Part shown: positions 10,783 to 21,757 of the stretch, in pieces
Layout: each line of letters starts with the position of its first letter
Numbering within the stretch: the stretch's first letter is position 1
Assembly: GCF_013365455.1 (NCBI RefSeq)
Contig: NZ_CP046578.1
Coordinates: 600,001 to 632,000 of the forward strand
Length of the DNA stretch: 32,000 nucleotides
DNA from: Wolbachia endosymbiont of Dirofilaria (Dirofilaria) immitis
Lineage (GTDB): Bacteria; Pseudomonadota; Alphaproteobacteria; Rickettsiales; Anaplasmataceae
Reading direction: 5' to 3'
Notes under the pieces: model-generated
Database searches by the model: none
Told to the model about the DNA's origin: nothing
Seen by the model: the letters and a program-made list of their open reading frames with translations, nothing else
Position numbers and translations under genes: made by a program

Positions 10783-12045
10783 TTACTTTCTAACTTCATC
10801 TACTACAACTTTAATATGGCGTTTCTTTCCCGCAGATAATTTTACGAATGACTGACTTTTGAAGCTATCAGAATTTATTATATAGTTAATATCATTTACA
10901 ATATGATCGTTGACTTTGCATCCATTGCCCTGTATTAAACGTTTTGCAGCACCTTTTGAAGACTCAAGACTAGTGTTGTTCAGTAAATCTACCAAAGACA
11001 TACCATGTGCAATTTGTTCCTTTGTTATAGTATACTTAGGAAGTAGCGAACTATTTCTATTTTCAAAAGCAGAGACTGCAGCAGATTGTGCAAGTTCTGC
11101 TTCTTTCTCACCATGGCATATCTTTACAGCTTCTGTTGCCAAAACTTTTTTTGCTTCATTTACTTCTTGATCCTTTAAAGATTCTAGCTTTCTAATCTGA
11201 TCAATTGGCACATCAGTAAGCAACCTCAAAAAACGTCCTACATCTTGATCATCAACATTGCGAAAATATTGCCAATAGTCATAAGGTTTTAACATAGTAT
11301 CATCAAGCCACACTGATCCACTTTCTGTTTTACCCATCTTCACCCCTCGAGCATTCAGTAAAAGAGGAGTGGTAAAACCAAACAACTCAGGTAAGTTCAA
11401 CTTCTTGCCAAGCTCAATTCCATTTACTATATTCCCCCACTGATCTGATCCTCCAATTTGCAGACGACAATCATATTTTTTATTTAATTCAACAAAGTCA
11501 TAGGCTTGCAGCAGCATATAGTTAAACTCCGAAAAGCTTAGATTTTGCTCCCTATTAAGCCTAATCCTTATACTATCAAAACTTAGCATACGATTTATAG
11601 AAAAATATGCTCCTATATTACATAAAAAATCTATGTACTTTATGTTATCTAACCAATCTGCGTTATTTATGATCACTGCACCAGTCTTGCTATCATTAAA
11701 AGACACCATCTTCTCCAGTATTTTCCTTATACTAGATACATTTTGCTTGATGTTTTCTATGGGCAAGGTGCTTCTTTCTTTATCCTTGAAAGATGGATCG
11801 CCAATCTTTGTTGTGCTACCTCCAAGTAAAATTATTGGCTTATACCCAAATTTCTGTAGGTGACGCAACATCATAACTTGAATCAGATGACCAACATGTA
11901 GACCAGGTGCTGTGCAATCAAACCCAATATATGCCACTATATAGTTATTCTGCACCAATAGTTGGTTTAAACCTTCAATATTTGTACATTGGTATAAATA
12001 CCCTCTCTCTCGGATAAAATCCAAAAATTCTGATTTATGCTTCAT
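10783..12045 (-). CDS. tyrS: Tyrosyl-tRNA synthetase
   Basis: YIGFDCTAPGLHVGHLIQVMMLRHLQ, LQIGGSDQWGNIVNGIEL, KMGKTESGSVWLD (KMSKS-like), C-terminal S4-like domain. Confidence 0.97.
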   Translation of the reverse strand: MKHKSEFLDFIRERGYLYQCTNIEGLNQLLVQNNYIVAYIGFDCTAPGLHVGHLIQVMMLRHLQKFGYKPIILLGGSTTKIGDPSFKDKERSTLPIENIKQNVSSIRKILEKMVSFNDSKTGAVIINNADWLDNIKYIDFLCNIGAYFSINRMLSFDSIRIRLNREQNLSFSEFNYMLLQAYDFVELNKKYDCRLQIGGSDQWGNIVNGIELGKKLNLPELFGFTTPLLLNARGVKMGKTESGSVWLDDTMLKPYDYWQYFRNVDDQDVGRFLRLLTDVPIDQIRKLESLKDQEVNEAKKVLATEAVKICHGEKEAELAQSAAVSAFENRNSSLLPKYTITKEQIAHGMSLVDLLNNTSLESSKGAAKRLIQGNGCKVNDHIVNDINYIINSDSFKSQSFVKLSAGKKRHIKVVVDEVRK

Positions 12046-12250
12046 AATTTCTTAGTATATTATTTTATATATGAACATTATCATGAAAACCGTAATGCTA
12101 AAGTCAAGTTTTTTCATATAATCTTACCAAAATTGTTAGTGTGCTTACCTACGATTAAGATTTCTTTGCCCACACAATTCAAACATCTGAAAGTCACCCC
12201 GTAAAGATTCAATACTTATATAGTTGTAAGTCAACTACTCAGATACCCAG

Positions 12251-12583
12251 TCAATCAATCCATAACTCTTCTATTTTATAGTATTCTCTCACTTCTGGTC
12301 TAAATATATGAACCATTACATCTTGAAAAGATACAACTACCCAATTACCTTTGTCTATACCTTCTACATTTGTTTTATCATATGGCTTGAGACTCCTTAT
12401 TATATGCTCAGCTAATGCTCTGACATGGCAGTTTGAACTCCCAGATGCAATAACTATATACTTTGTAACAACAGTTTTATTTTGCACATTGAAAGTAGTT
12501 ATATTATAACCTTTATTTTGACTTATAACGTTTACAATTAAGTTTTTTATTGATTCTGTATTACAGGATATACTATTCATCAC
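12251..12583 (-). CDS. rsfS: Ribosome silencing factor RsfS (Iojap family)
   Basis: YIVIASGSSNCHVRALAEHI...GNWVVVSFQDVMVHIFRPEVREYYKIEELW. Confidence 0.95.
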   Translation of the reverse strand: MMNSISCNTESIKNLIVNVISQNKGYNITTFNVQNKTVVTKYIVIASGSSNCHVRALAEHIIRSLKPYDKTNVEGIDKGNWVVVSFQDVMVHIFRPEVREYYKIEELWID

Positions 12584-13132
12584 TAAATTAAATGTCTACT
12601 TACAATAGTACACTCAAAATTTCTAAACATGAACTATTTTTGACATTACTAACACAGATCATTTATGCTTTTGACGCAACAGTAATGTAATATACATTTT
12701 TTTATATATAATGTAAAAATAGTTTCTCCAACATTGTGTTTATTATAAGTAAAGCCCTTGTTTACTTAACTGGCTTTCTAAGTAGTAGTAAGTTTACTGC
12801 GAAGAACTATACAAGATTGTCAATGCAATAATAGTGAGTAATAACTTATCTAATAACATTAATTTAAGACTACTAAATTACTAAACAAAAGTTCCTTATT
12901 ACTGTGGGAAAAATTTTTGTAGCTAGAGAAAGTGTGTTAGTGATATTGTGTAAATATTAGAAAGGCAAAATTACTGATTCAGATTTTGCTATAAAAAGGA
13001 GTAGAGAAAAGAATGCTATCTTTATCTTAAAAGTTTGCTAAAAATTAACAATTTAAATTTAAGTGTAAAGGAAGCTTAATAAAAAGATTAAATTAGTTAA
13101 AACTCTTATAAGTAATTTAACAAAGTATACTC

Positions 13133-13618
13133 ATGATTAACCAGAAAGATAAATATCGTCCTTGTGTTGGCATAATGCTATTAAATAAACAAGGACATAT
13201 TTTTGTTGGAAAACGCTTTGGCAGTGATTTTTACTGGCAGATGCCGCAAGGAGGAGTTGATAATGGTGAAGAGTTAGAGCAGGCAGCATTACGTGAGTTG
13301 CTAGAAGAGGCTGGCACTGATAAAGCAAAGATTATGGCTAAAAACAAGAGTTGGATATACTATAACTTACCTAAGAAATTTATACCAACTTGCTGGGGTG
13401 GAAGATATTTCGGTCAAAAACAAAGGTGGTTTTTAATGAAATTTCATGGAGAGGATAAAGATATTAATATCAACCATACTGATTATTCAGAGTTCAAAGA
13501 GTGGCGTTGGCAAAGTGCAGATGATTTAGTAGTCAACGCTATACCTTTTAAAAAAAAAGTTTATAAAACTATAATAGAAGAGTTCTCTTCTCAAATAAAA
13601 ATCTCTATTATTAAGTAA
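13133..13618 (+). CDS. rppH: RNA pyrophosphohydrolase (Nudix)
   Basis: YRPCVGIMLLN, WQMPQGGVDNGEELEQAALRELLEEAGT (Nudix box), WRWQSADDLVV. Confidence 0.95.
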   Translation: MINQKDKYRPCVGIMLLNKQGHIFVGKRFGSDFYWQMPQGGVDNGEELEQAALRELLEEAGTDKAKIMAKNKSWIYYNLPKKFIPTCWGGRYFGQKQRWFLMKFHGEDKDININHTDYSEFKEWRWQSADDLVVNAIPFKKKVYKTIIEEFSSQIKISIIK

Positions 13619-13633
13619 CATTCGTGTACATTC

Positions 13634-14419
13634 GTGATAATAGATTCTCATTGCCATTTAATTTACTTCTCTGACGATGAAATACCAGAAGTGATTTCAA
13701 GGGCAAAACAAAGCGGTGTAAAAATTTTACACAACATATGTACTAGCATTAATGACATTCCTAAATTACTAAAAATCTCCTCATCGTATGATCAGGTTTA
13801 CTCCTCTATTGGTGTACATCCACTTGATGCTACCGTAGAAAGCGGCAAATTTATACATGTCGATGAATTAGTTGAATTTACCAAGGGTCAAAAGGTAATT
13901 AGCATTGGTGAAACTGGGTTAGATTTTTACAAATCTAATACCCAAAATAATCAGAAAAAAAGTTTTACATCACACATAGAGGCGGCAAGAATAACAGGGT
14001 TACCTTTAGTTATCCATGCTAGAAACGCTGATTGTGAGATGGTTGATATATTAAGGTCAGAAATGAAAATTGGCACTTTTAATGGAGTAGTACACTGTTT
14101 TGCCTCTTCTAAAAAGTTTGCTTACCAAGCTGTGGATCTGGGATTATACATTTCATTTTCTGGAATTATCACTTTCAAAAGTGCTAATTTACTCAGAGAA
14201 ATTGCACAAAATGTGCCACATAAATTCGTTCTAGTCGAAACTGATGCTCCATATCTATCACCTGAGCCTTATAGAGGGAGAAAGAATGAACCAGCAATGA
14301 TAAAATATACCGTGAATTGCCTAGCAGAACTATGGGATGAATCACCTAATAAAGTAGCAAAAATAACCACAAGCAACTTTTTTAGCTTATTTATGAAACT
14401 TAACTCTAGAGAAATTTAG
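13634..14419 (+). CDS. tatD: TatD-family metal-dependent deoxyribonuclease
   Basis: MIIDSHCHL, SIGETGLDFYKS, VIHARNAD, GVVHCFASS, LVETDAPYLSPEPYRGRKNEPAMIKYT. Confidence 0.95.
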   Translation: MIIDSHCHLIYFSDDEIPEVISRAKQSGVKILHNICTSINDIPKLLKISSSYDQVYSSIGVHPLDATVESGKFIHVDELVEFTKGQKVISIGETGLDFYKSNTQNNQKKSFTSHIEAARITGLPLVIHARNADCEMVDILRSEMKIGTFNGVVHCFASSKKFAYQAVDLGLYISFSGIITFKSANLLREIAQNVPHKFVLVETDAPYLSPEPYRGRKNEPAMIKYTVNCLAELWDESPNKVAKITTSNFFSLFMKLNSREI

Positions 14420-14444
14420 TAAAATCACTGACCTACTTGTGAAG

Positions 14445-15398
<954 letters not shown>

Positions 15399-15971
15399 CT
15401 ACTCCTTTATATTCATTTTTGCAGCTTCGCCCTCCCAAGGGGATAGACTATCAAATATACGAAAATCTTGTGGTAAATCTATAGGATTATATACAACCTT
15501 TTTTGTTTCTATATCATACTTTACCTCCTCATAACCAGTGAGAGGAAAATCTTTCAACATAGGATGACCTTTAAATCCATAATCTGTTAGAATTCTACGC
15601 AAATCAGGATGACCAGAGAATTCTATCCCATACATATCAAAGACTTCACGCTCAAACCACGAAGCTGTGCTGAATATCTTTACTATACTTGAAGGAGTAT
15701 CACTTTCATCTAACTGAAGTTTTATATGTAATCTAATATTATATATAACGCTGAGCAAGTTATATATTAATTCGAAACGCTTTTCTCTATCTGGATAGTC
15801 AACTCCAAAAATATCAACTAATAATTCAAACCTACATTTTTCATCATCACGCAAGAAAAGTAAGTAATTTTCAATATCACCTAAGGCTGCATACATTATA
15901 ATAGTACCATTATCTTGCTGAATACGCTCACATTTAGTCTTTTCTTGTATATACTTTACAGTTTCACTCAT
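15399..15971 (-). CDS. nuoC: NADH-quinone oxidoreductase subunit C
   Basis: WFEREVFDMYGIEFSGHPDLRRILTDYGFKGHPMLKDFPLTGYEEVKYD. Confidence 0.97.
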   Translation of the reverse strand: MSETVKYIQEKTKCERIQQDNGTIIMYAALGDIENYLLFLRDDEKCRFELLVDIFGVDYPDREKRFELIYNLLSVIYNIRLHIKLQLDESDTPSSIVKIFSTASWFEREVFDMYGIEFSGHPDLRRILTDYGFKGHPMLKDFPLTGYEEVKYDIETKKVVYNPIDLPQDFRIFDSLSPWEGEAAKMNIKE

Positions 15972-15972
15972 C

Positions 15973-16479
15973 CTATGTACTCTGAGTTTGTTTTATTTTA
16001 TTTTGTAAGCGCAACATTCCATACAGCAACGCCTCAGCAGTTGGTGGACACCCAGGAACGTACACATCAACTGGTACAATTCTGTCACAACCACGAACAA
16101 CCGAATAAGAGTAATGATAATACCCACCACCATTTGCACAACTTCCCATAGAAACAACATATTTTGGATCTGCCATTTGATCATACACCTTACGCAATGC
16201 TGCCGCCATTTTATTGGTTAGCGTGCCGGCAACAATCATAACATCCGCTTGTCTTGGACTTGCACGAAACATTATACCATACCTATCAAGATCGTAACGG
16301 CTGGACGCAGCGTGCATCATCTCCACTGCGCAGCATGCGAGACCAAATGTCATCGGCCATAACGAACCAGACCTTGCCCAATTAATTATATAATCCATTA
16401 GATCACCAAATTTAGTAACAAGGAACCCTTCTTTCTTATAAGAACTATAATCATTACTAGAAAAAATTTGACTTTTCAT
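15973..16479 (-). CDS. nuoB: NADH-quinone oxidoreductase subunit B
   Basis: [67 protein letters not shown]. Confidence 0.98.
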   Translation of the reverse strand: MKSQIFSSNDYSSYKKEGFLVTKFGDLMDYIINWARSGSLWPMTFGLACCAVEMMHAASSRYDLDRYGIMFRASPRQADVMIVAGTLTNKMAAALRKVYDQMADPKYVVSMGSCANGGGYYHYSYSVVRGCDRIVPVDVYVPGCPPTAEALLYGMLRLQNKIKQTQST

Positions 16480-16483
16480 AAAC

Positions 16484-16837
16484 TTACTCCCATTCTAACA
16501 CACCTTTACACCACTCATAGACAAAGCCTATAGTAAGGATTAAAAGAAATATCATCATAGACCAAAATCCATAATAACTTATTTTAGATAAAGAAACTGC
16601 CCAAGGGAAAAGAAAGATAACTTCTAAGTCAAATATTATAAATAATATTGAAACTAAGTAAAATTTAATGTCAAAACTTTTTCTTGCTCTTGATAAAGGG
16701 TTAAGACCACACTCATATGTAGAAAGCTTTTCACTATCTGGCTTACTTATAGCAAGAAACATAGGTAATACACCTAAGGCAAGTGATACCACCATTGATA
16801 CGCAAATAAAAATTACTACAGTTAAATATTCACTCAT
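16484..16837 (-). CDS. nuoA: NADH-quinone oxidoreductase subunit A
   Basis: [41 protein letters not shown]. Confidence 0.97.
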   Translation of the reverse strand: MSEYLTVVIFICVSMVVSLALGVLPMFLAISKPDSEKLSTYECGLNPLSRARKSFDIKFYLVSILFIIFDLEVIFLFPWAVSLSKISYYGFWSMMIFLLILTIGFVYEWCKGVLEWE

Positions 16838-16860
16838 TCAATAAAATTACATAAAAAACA

Positions 16861-17229
16861 TTATAAATTCACATGCTTCCCTAGTCTCTTACCACCTAAA
16901 ACATGTACATGAAAATGTGGAACAACTTGCTCTCCATTTTTACCATAATTAGTAACTAACCTATATCCTGTTTCTTCTAAATTATATTTGTATATCACTT
17001 CTCTTATAGCTTTAAAGAAGCCTACTATCTTCTCTGCAGAAGCTTTTAGGATAAAGTCATCATACGAAACATATTGATCTCTTGGCACAACTAAAATATG
17101 AACCGGTGCATCAGGATACTTATCATAAAATGCCAGTACATCTTCATCTTCATACACTTTCTTGCAAGGTAACTCTCCTCTTAATATTTGGGCAAAAACA
17201 TTACTACTATCATAACCTTTGTTACTCAT
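16861..17229 (-). CDS. HIT-family (histidine triad) nucleotide-binding protein
   Basis: ILRGELPCKKVYEDEDVLAFYDKYPDAPVHILVVPRDQY, histidine triad VPHFHVHVLGGK. Confidence 0.95.
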   Translation of the reverse strand: MSNKGYDSSNVFAQILRGELPCKKVYEDEDVLAFYDKYPDAPVHILVVPRDQYVSYDDFILKASAEKIVGFFKAIREVIYKYNLEETGYRLVTNYGKNGEQVVPHFHVHVLGGKRLGKHVNL

Positions 17230-17232
17230 ATT

Positions 17233-18138
17233 TTAAGAACGGCTTTTTCCTTCTTTTTCCTTATTAAAGACAAAAGATGGCTTTATTACTTTACCAGGAG
17301 AAACATCTTCGAGATTTGAAAGACCACTTTTAATTCCAAGCTCTCTTGCTTGTTTTTCAATACTTTGCTGCGATTTCATAGAAAATATACTCTTTTTACC
17401 ATAGGGAAAATTATTAGGATTAGTAATATTAAAATCTATACTTGCGATAACCTCTGATGATTGCCCCATCAACTTTCCTGTAGGGCTTATAGCTTCCGAT
17501 AACCACCTATTACCTTCTCGATATAGTGCCTTCCCAATACCATACAATAACTTCCTGTCTGTATGAGTCACAAATTCCCCATTAGCAATCCTTGCCACAC
17601 CTTTGAGATTACGATCAGCTTCACCATAAATCTTGTCAATGACAAGCTGTCTTACTTCCTCTTGGCTCCTTTCCCTGTATTTATAATCATTCCTAATATC
17701 ATTGATAATTCCCTCAACATTAACTGTAATCATAATTCTATTGCTTCCTTTATCTATACACACGCTCGAGTATTTACCATCTAGCTCTTCTATTTCATTT
17801 AACTGCTCTTCAGTTAAATGAAATATATTCCCAGTTAAAGTTCTTGACACAAGAAAAATCACCAATCCTCTTCCCTGTTTTGTTACTTGAACACCAAGAT
17901 CCTTACTAGCTTCTGTTGTTTCTATAGGTGAAATATACTCCTTTTCTTCTTTAGACACATTTATACCAGCAGCTTCCTTTAGTGAAATTTTAGCATCATG
18001 TTGCATTTCACCCATTGAGGCACTTGGTTTCTTTATAGGGTAAATAAAAGCTTTAAGTGGAAGAGTAGAGATATCTTTCATAATTTTTACCCCTCTTTTA
18101 ACTGATCTACCTACCTTATTCCAGAACGATTCTACCAT
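17233..18138 (-). CDS. Hypothetical protein at the head of the HIT-nuoABC-mdh cluster
   Basis: Intact 301-aa ORF ending 4 nt before the HIT gene. No family recognised. Confidence 0.85.
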   Translation of the reverse strand: MVESFWNKVGRSVKRGVKIMKDISTLPLKAFIYPIKKPSASMGEMQHDAKISLKEAAGINVSKEEKEYISPIETTEASKDLGVQVTKQGRGLVIFLVSRTLTGNIFHLTEEQLNEIEELDGKYSSVCIDKGSNRIMITVNVEGIINDIRNDYKYRERSQEEVRQLVIDKIYGEADRNLKGVARIANGEFVTHTDRKLLYGIGKALYREGNRWLSEAISPTGKLMGQSSEVIASIDFNITNPNNFPYGKKSIFSMKSQQSIEKQARELGIKSGLSNLEDVSPGKVIKPSFVFNKEKEGKSRS

Positions 18139-18325
18139 ACATACTCCTAAAGCATCCTTTACAATTAAATGTTACAATACATCTTAAATGGTTAGATAAA
18201 AATACCTAAACTCCTATATTTAGAGTATATAGATAAAGTTATAGAGATTGCAATCACTATTTACATTACCAAAAATATGTGGCATTTTTGCTATTTTTGT
18301 TGTCTAATTTACTTTGCGCTAAATC

Positions 18326-19744
18326 ATGTTCAAATGGAACACAAACAATATTATCGATGCCACTAATGGAAGAAAAGAAGGTAGCTGTAACTGGACACAT
18401 AGCTCAAATATTTCAATAGATACAAGAAGCATAAAAAAAGGTGATGTGTTTATTGCCCTCAAGGGGAAAAAATTTGATGGACATGATTTTCTACATGAGG
18501 CCTTTTTAAAAGGGGCAAAAGTTGCAATAGTAAGCGATAATAAATATAAGAACCTTCCTCTAATTCTTGTGCAAGATACCTTAAAATCTTTACACAACAT
18601 AGCATCATACTACGTTAGAAATGTCCTTGTTAATACTAAAATCATTGCAATTACAGGCAGTATTGGAAAAACTACTACAAAAGATATGTTACACATTGTT
18701 TTATCACAATATGGAATATCTTATGCAACCGAAGGTAATTTGAATAATAATGTAGGACTACCTTTAACAATTCTAAAAGCCCCAGAAAACTGCCAGTACT
18801 TAATTCTTGAAATGGGAATGAATAAAACTGGTGAAATAAAAGAGTTATCTAAGATAAGTAATCCTGATATTGCTGTCATTACTAATGTAGAACCTACACA
18901 TGTTGAGAATTTTTCATCACTATTTGATATTGCTCAAGCAAAATTAGAAGTTCTGCATGGTATGAAAACTGAAGGCACTTTAGTTTTGAATAAAGATAAT
19001 AAATATTACAATTATCTTTCATCATATGCTAACAAAAATGTAGTAAGCTTCGGTAAAGATAAAAATGCTACAGTTTGTTTACTAGACATAACAGAAAATA
19101 ATGAGTCTTCTATCATCACCCCAGCGTCACACGCTAAAAATCAAGCTACTAATAGACTAGGTTTAAAAATTAGACTAAATAATAACCAAATTATAAATTG
19201 TAATTTACACCTGAGAGGCGAACATTTTGCATATTCTGCATTGACTGTTATAGCAATTATACAAATCCTAGGACTTGATTTATCAAAACTACTATTCGCA
19301 CTTGAGAATTTTAGTGTAACTAAGGGTAGAGGCAGCGTTCATAAGGCTAAATATAATGAAAATTATGTATATTTGATTGACGATTCCTATAACGCCAGCC
19401 CTGCTTCAATGAAAGCTGCAATAAAAACTTTAGGTACATATTCTAACCAAAGGAAAGTTGCACTGCTCGGTGATATGCTAGAACTTGGCAATGAAAGCAT
19501 AACATTTCATAAAAAACTGCTTGATTCTATCATAGAACATAGTGTGGACAAAGTTTATACAGTTGGCAAATTTATGTTAGAACTAAATAGCCTTTTACCA
19601 GGCAATATAAAAGGTATACATTTCAGTGATATTAATCAATTAAAGAGTAATTTAGCTAATATTATTCAGGATAATGATATAATTTTAATTAAAGGTTCGC
19701 GAGGAGTAAAAATGAATCTTGTAGTACAAGAATTTGCAATATAA
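18326..19744 (+). CDS. murF: UDP-N-acetylmuramoyl-tripeptide--D-alanyl-D-alanine ligase
   Basis: SIDTRSIKKGDVFIALKGKKFDGHDFL, AITGSIGKTTTKDML, LILEMGMNKTGEIKELS, YLIDDSYNASPASMKAAI. Confidence 0.96.
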   Translation: MFKWNTNNIIDATNGRKEGSCNWTHSSNISIDTRSIKKGDVFIALKGKKFDGHDFLHEAFLKGAKVAIVSDNKYKNLPLILVQDTLKSLHNIASYYVRNVLVNTKIIAITGSIGKTTTKDMLHIVLSQYGISYATEGNLNNNVGLPLTILKAPENCQYLILEMGMNKTGEIKELSKISNPDIAVITNVEPTHVENFSSLFDIAQAKLEVLHGMKTEGTLVLNKDNKYYNYLSSYANKNVVSFGKDKNATVCLLDITENNESSIITPASHAKNQATNRLGLKIRLNNNQIINCNLHLRGEHFAYSALTVIAIIQILGLDLSKLLFALENFSVTKGRGSVHKAKYNENYVYLIDDSYNASPASMKAAIKTLGTYSNQRKVALLGDMLELGNESITFHKKLLDSIIEHSVDKVYTVGKFMLELNSLLPGNIKGIHFSDINQLKSNLANIIQDNDIILIKGSRGVKMNLVVQEFAI

Positions 19745-20753
19745 TATTAAAAAGAACTGTTGTTATATTAATTTAAAGATAGGCTATTAGAAATTTCAAT
19801 CATAATAAAACATGATCACTTTTAGTAAAACTAAGATTTATAAGGGAATATATCGTAAAATGCTTAGCAACAGCTGGGTATCTAATAAAGATATTTATTT
19901 GTAATTAGGAAAACTTCTTGCCTAAAGCTGCATAAAAAATTAGTCTAAATATCACATACTTAAGGCAATTCTTTGATGAAAAATCAATCTCAGAAAGCAC
20001 AAAAAATATGACACAGCCATAAATTTTAGTAAATACATTATCCAAGGTAAAAAACATGACTTCTATACTGTTCATATTAAAATAATTGAAAGAATAACAA
20101 GAGCTACAAATATAAAAAAAATATACTTACGGTGATATATTTTCCACTACAAGAATAGAAATAATAAGTTTTTAAAATGAATCAAAGCAAGCTAGAAAGC
20201 AAAAAGCTATAATTCAGCATTTCTAGAATACAATAAAAATTAAATCAAAGTCTTGTTTTAATAAAGAGAATAACTCATTCAATAAGTTTTTGTAGAATTA
20301 GCGATTTATTATCTCCCTCTACCTTTAATTAGTAACAAAATAACTAAATTTTAACTAATATGTGCCCACTGGCTTAGCTAAACGTTATATTATACACTAG
20401 CCTTAATAAACAAAACAAAAAATTTATAATATAGATTAACTAAAGGTTTCTCCCTAAAAATCTATCAAAGTTTATTTTGAATATTATTAATAGAAAATGC
20501 TTATTAGTTAATGCATCTTTTTCAACGGCAAAGCTAATAACTTTCCTCTCAGAAAGAAAACTCATTCTTTATTGGCTAAAAAACCTACAATCGGCAGTGT
20601 AAGCTCTATATTGCTCAGAATCAGGTAAAAATTATAATAAGCAGGTTAGCTAAAAGTGAACTAATCTTAAAATGACACAAATCTGCCTATTACTAATTTT
20701 AAATACAGTACAGAATACTTAAAGGCTCATAGAAAATATTGACATACAAAGAG

Positions 20754-20827
20754 TGCGTCCAGTAGGATTTGAACCCACGACCCACAGCTTAGAAGACTGT
20801 TGCTCTATCCAGCTGAGCTATAGACGC
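20754..20827 (-). tRNA. tRNA-Arg (anticodon TCT)
   Basis: Full cloverleaf on the - strand: acceptor gcgtcta/tggacgc, D-stem gctc/gagc, anticodon arm acagt-cttctaa-gctgt, T arm gtggg-ttcaaat-cctac. CCA is not encoded. Confidence 0.96.
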
Positions 20828-21013
20828 ACACTATATATAAGTAGCTTCTTACCATGTATGAAGTCAAGGTATTTCATGTAAGTATGGTATTTAAATAAAG
20901 CTCTTTAAAAGACTTTATCACTAATAAGTAATACTAACTTAGAGTTCATTAACTAAGGACTTGGTGACAGAACTTTTAAAATAAGTTATCTTCTATTTTT
21001 TAGTAAACAAAGC

Positions 21014-21694
21014 ATGGGTATCAAAATTGCACCTTCTATACTTTCAGCAGACTTTGCAAAATTAGGAGAAGAAATAAAAAAAATCAATAGTTTAAGCGTA
21101 GACCATATCCATATAGACGTTATGGATGGAAATTTTGTTCCAAGCATCACAATTGGTCCAGGCGTTATCTCTGCAATACGTAAATACACCAATCTTCCTT
21201 TTGACGTGCACCTAATGATTAAATCTCCTAGTAAACATATTGAAAGCTTCATAAACGCTGGTGCCGATATCATCACTGTACATGCAGAAGCAGAAATACA
21301 TCTTGAGAAACTAATAAAAAAAATAAAATCATATAAAAATGCAAATTCTACAGAAAAAACAGTTCAAGTTGGAGTTTCAATTGCTCCTTCAACTCCTCCT
21401 AGTGTGCTTGAGCACGTAATACATGAACTAGACGTTGTGCTAGTTATGACAGTCAATCCTGGATTTGGTGGACAGAAGTTTATCCATTCACAACTAAGCA
21501 AGATATCAACCGTAAAAAAAATGATACAAGAGCGTGACCTCAAAACACAAATTTCAGTAGATGGTGGAGTTAGCCTTCTAAATGCAGCTGATATAGTGAA
21601 GGCAGGTGCAAACATCTTAGTTGCTGGATCAGCAATATTTAGAGCTGAAAACATGAGAAAGGCTGTCAATGACTTTAAAAAACTATCGTTGTAG
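21014..21694 (+). CDS. rpe: Ribulose-phosphate 3-epimerase
   Basis: IAPSILSADFAKLGEEI, HIDVMDGNFVPSITIGPGVI, DVHLMI, VMTVNPGFGGQKF, VDGGV. Confidence 0.97.
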   Translation: MGIKIAPSILSADFAKLGEEIKKINSLSVDHIHIDVMDGNFVPSITIGPGVISAIRKYTNLPFDVHLMIKSPSKHIESFINAGADIITVHAEAEIHLEKLIKKIKSYKNANSTEKTVQVGVSIAPSTPPSVLEHVIHELDVVLVMTVNPGFGGQKFIHSQLSKISTVKKMIQERDLKTQISVDGGVSLLNAADIVKAGANILVAGSAIFRAENMRKAVNDFKKLSL

Positions 21695-21757
21695 TGCAGA
21701 TAATAAAATTTTACCTAGCAAATTAATTCTTAATAAGATAAGACAAAGAATCTACTC

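Noticed and set aside
10910-11863. Plus-strand ORFs 10910-11170 and 11633-11863
   Set aside because: Antisense to tyrS and mirror its codons. No ribosome-binding or domain evidence.
20986-21669. Minus-strand ORFs 20986-21276 and 21364-21669
   Set aside because: Antisense to rpe, which has unmistakable motifs.
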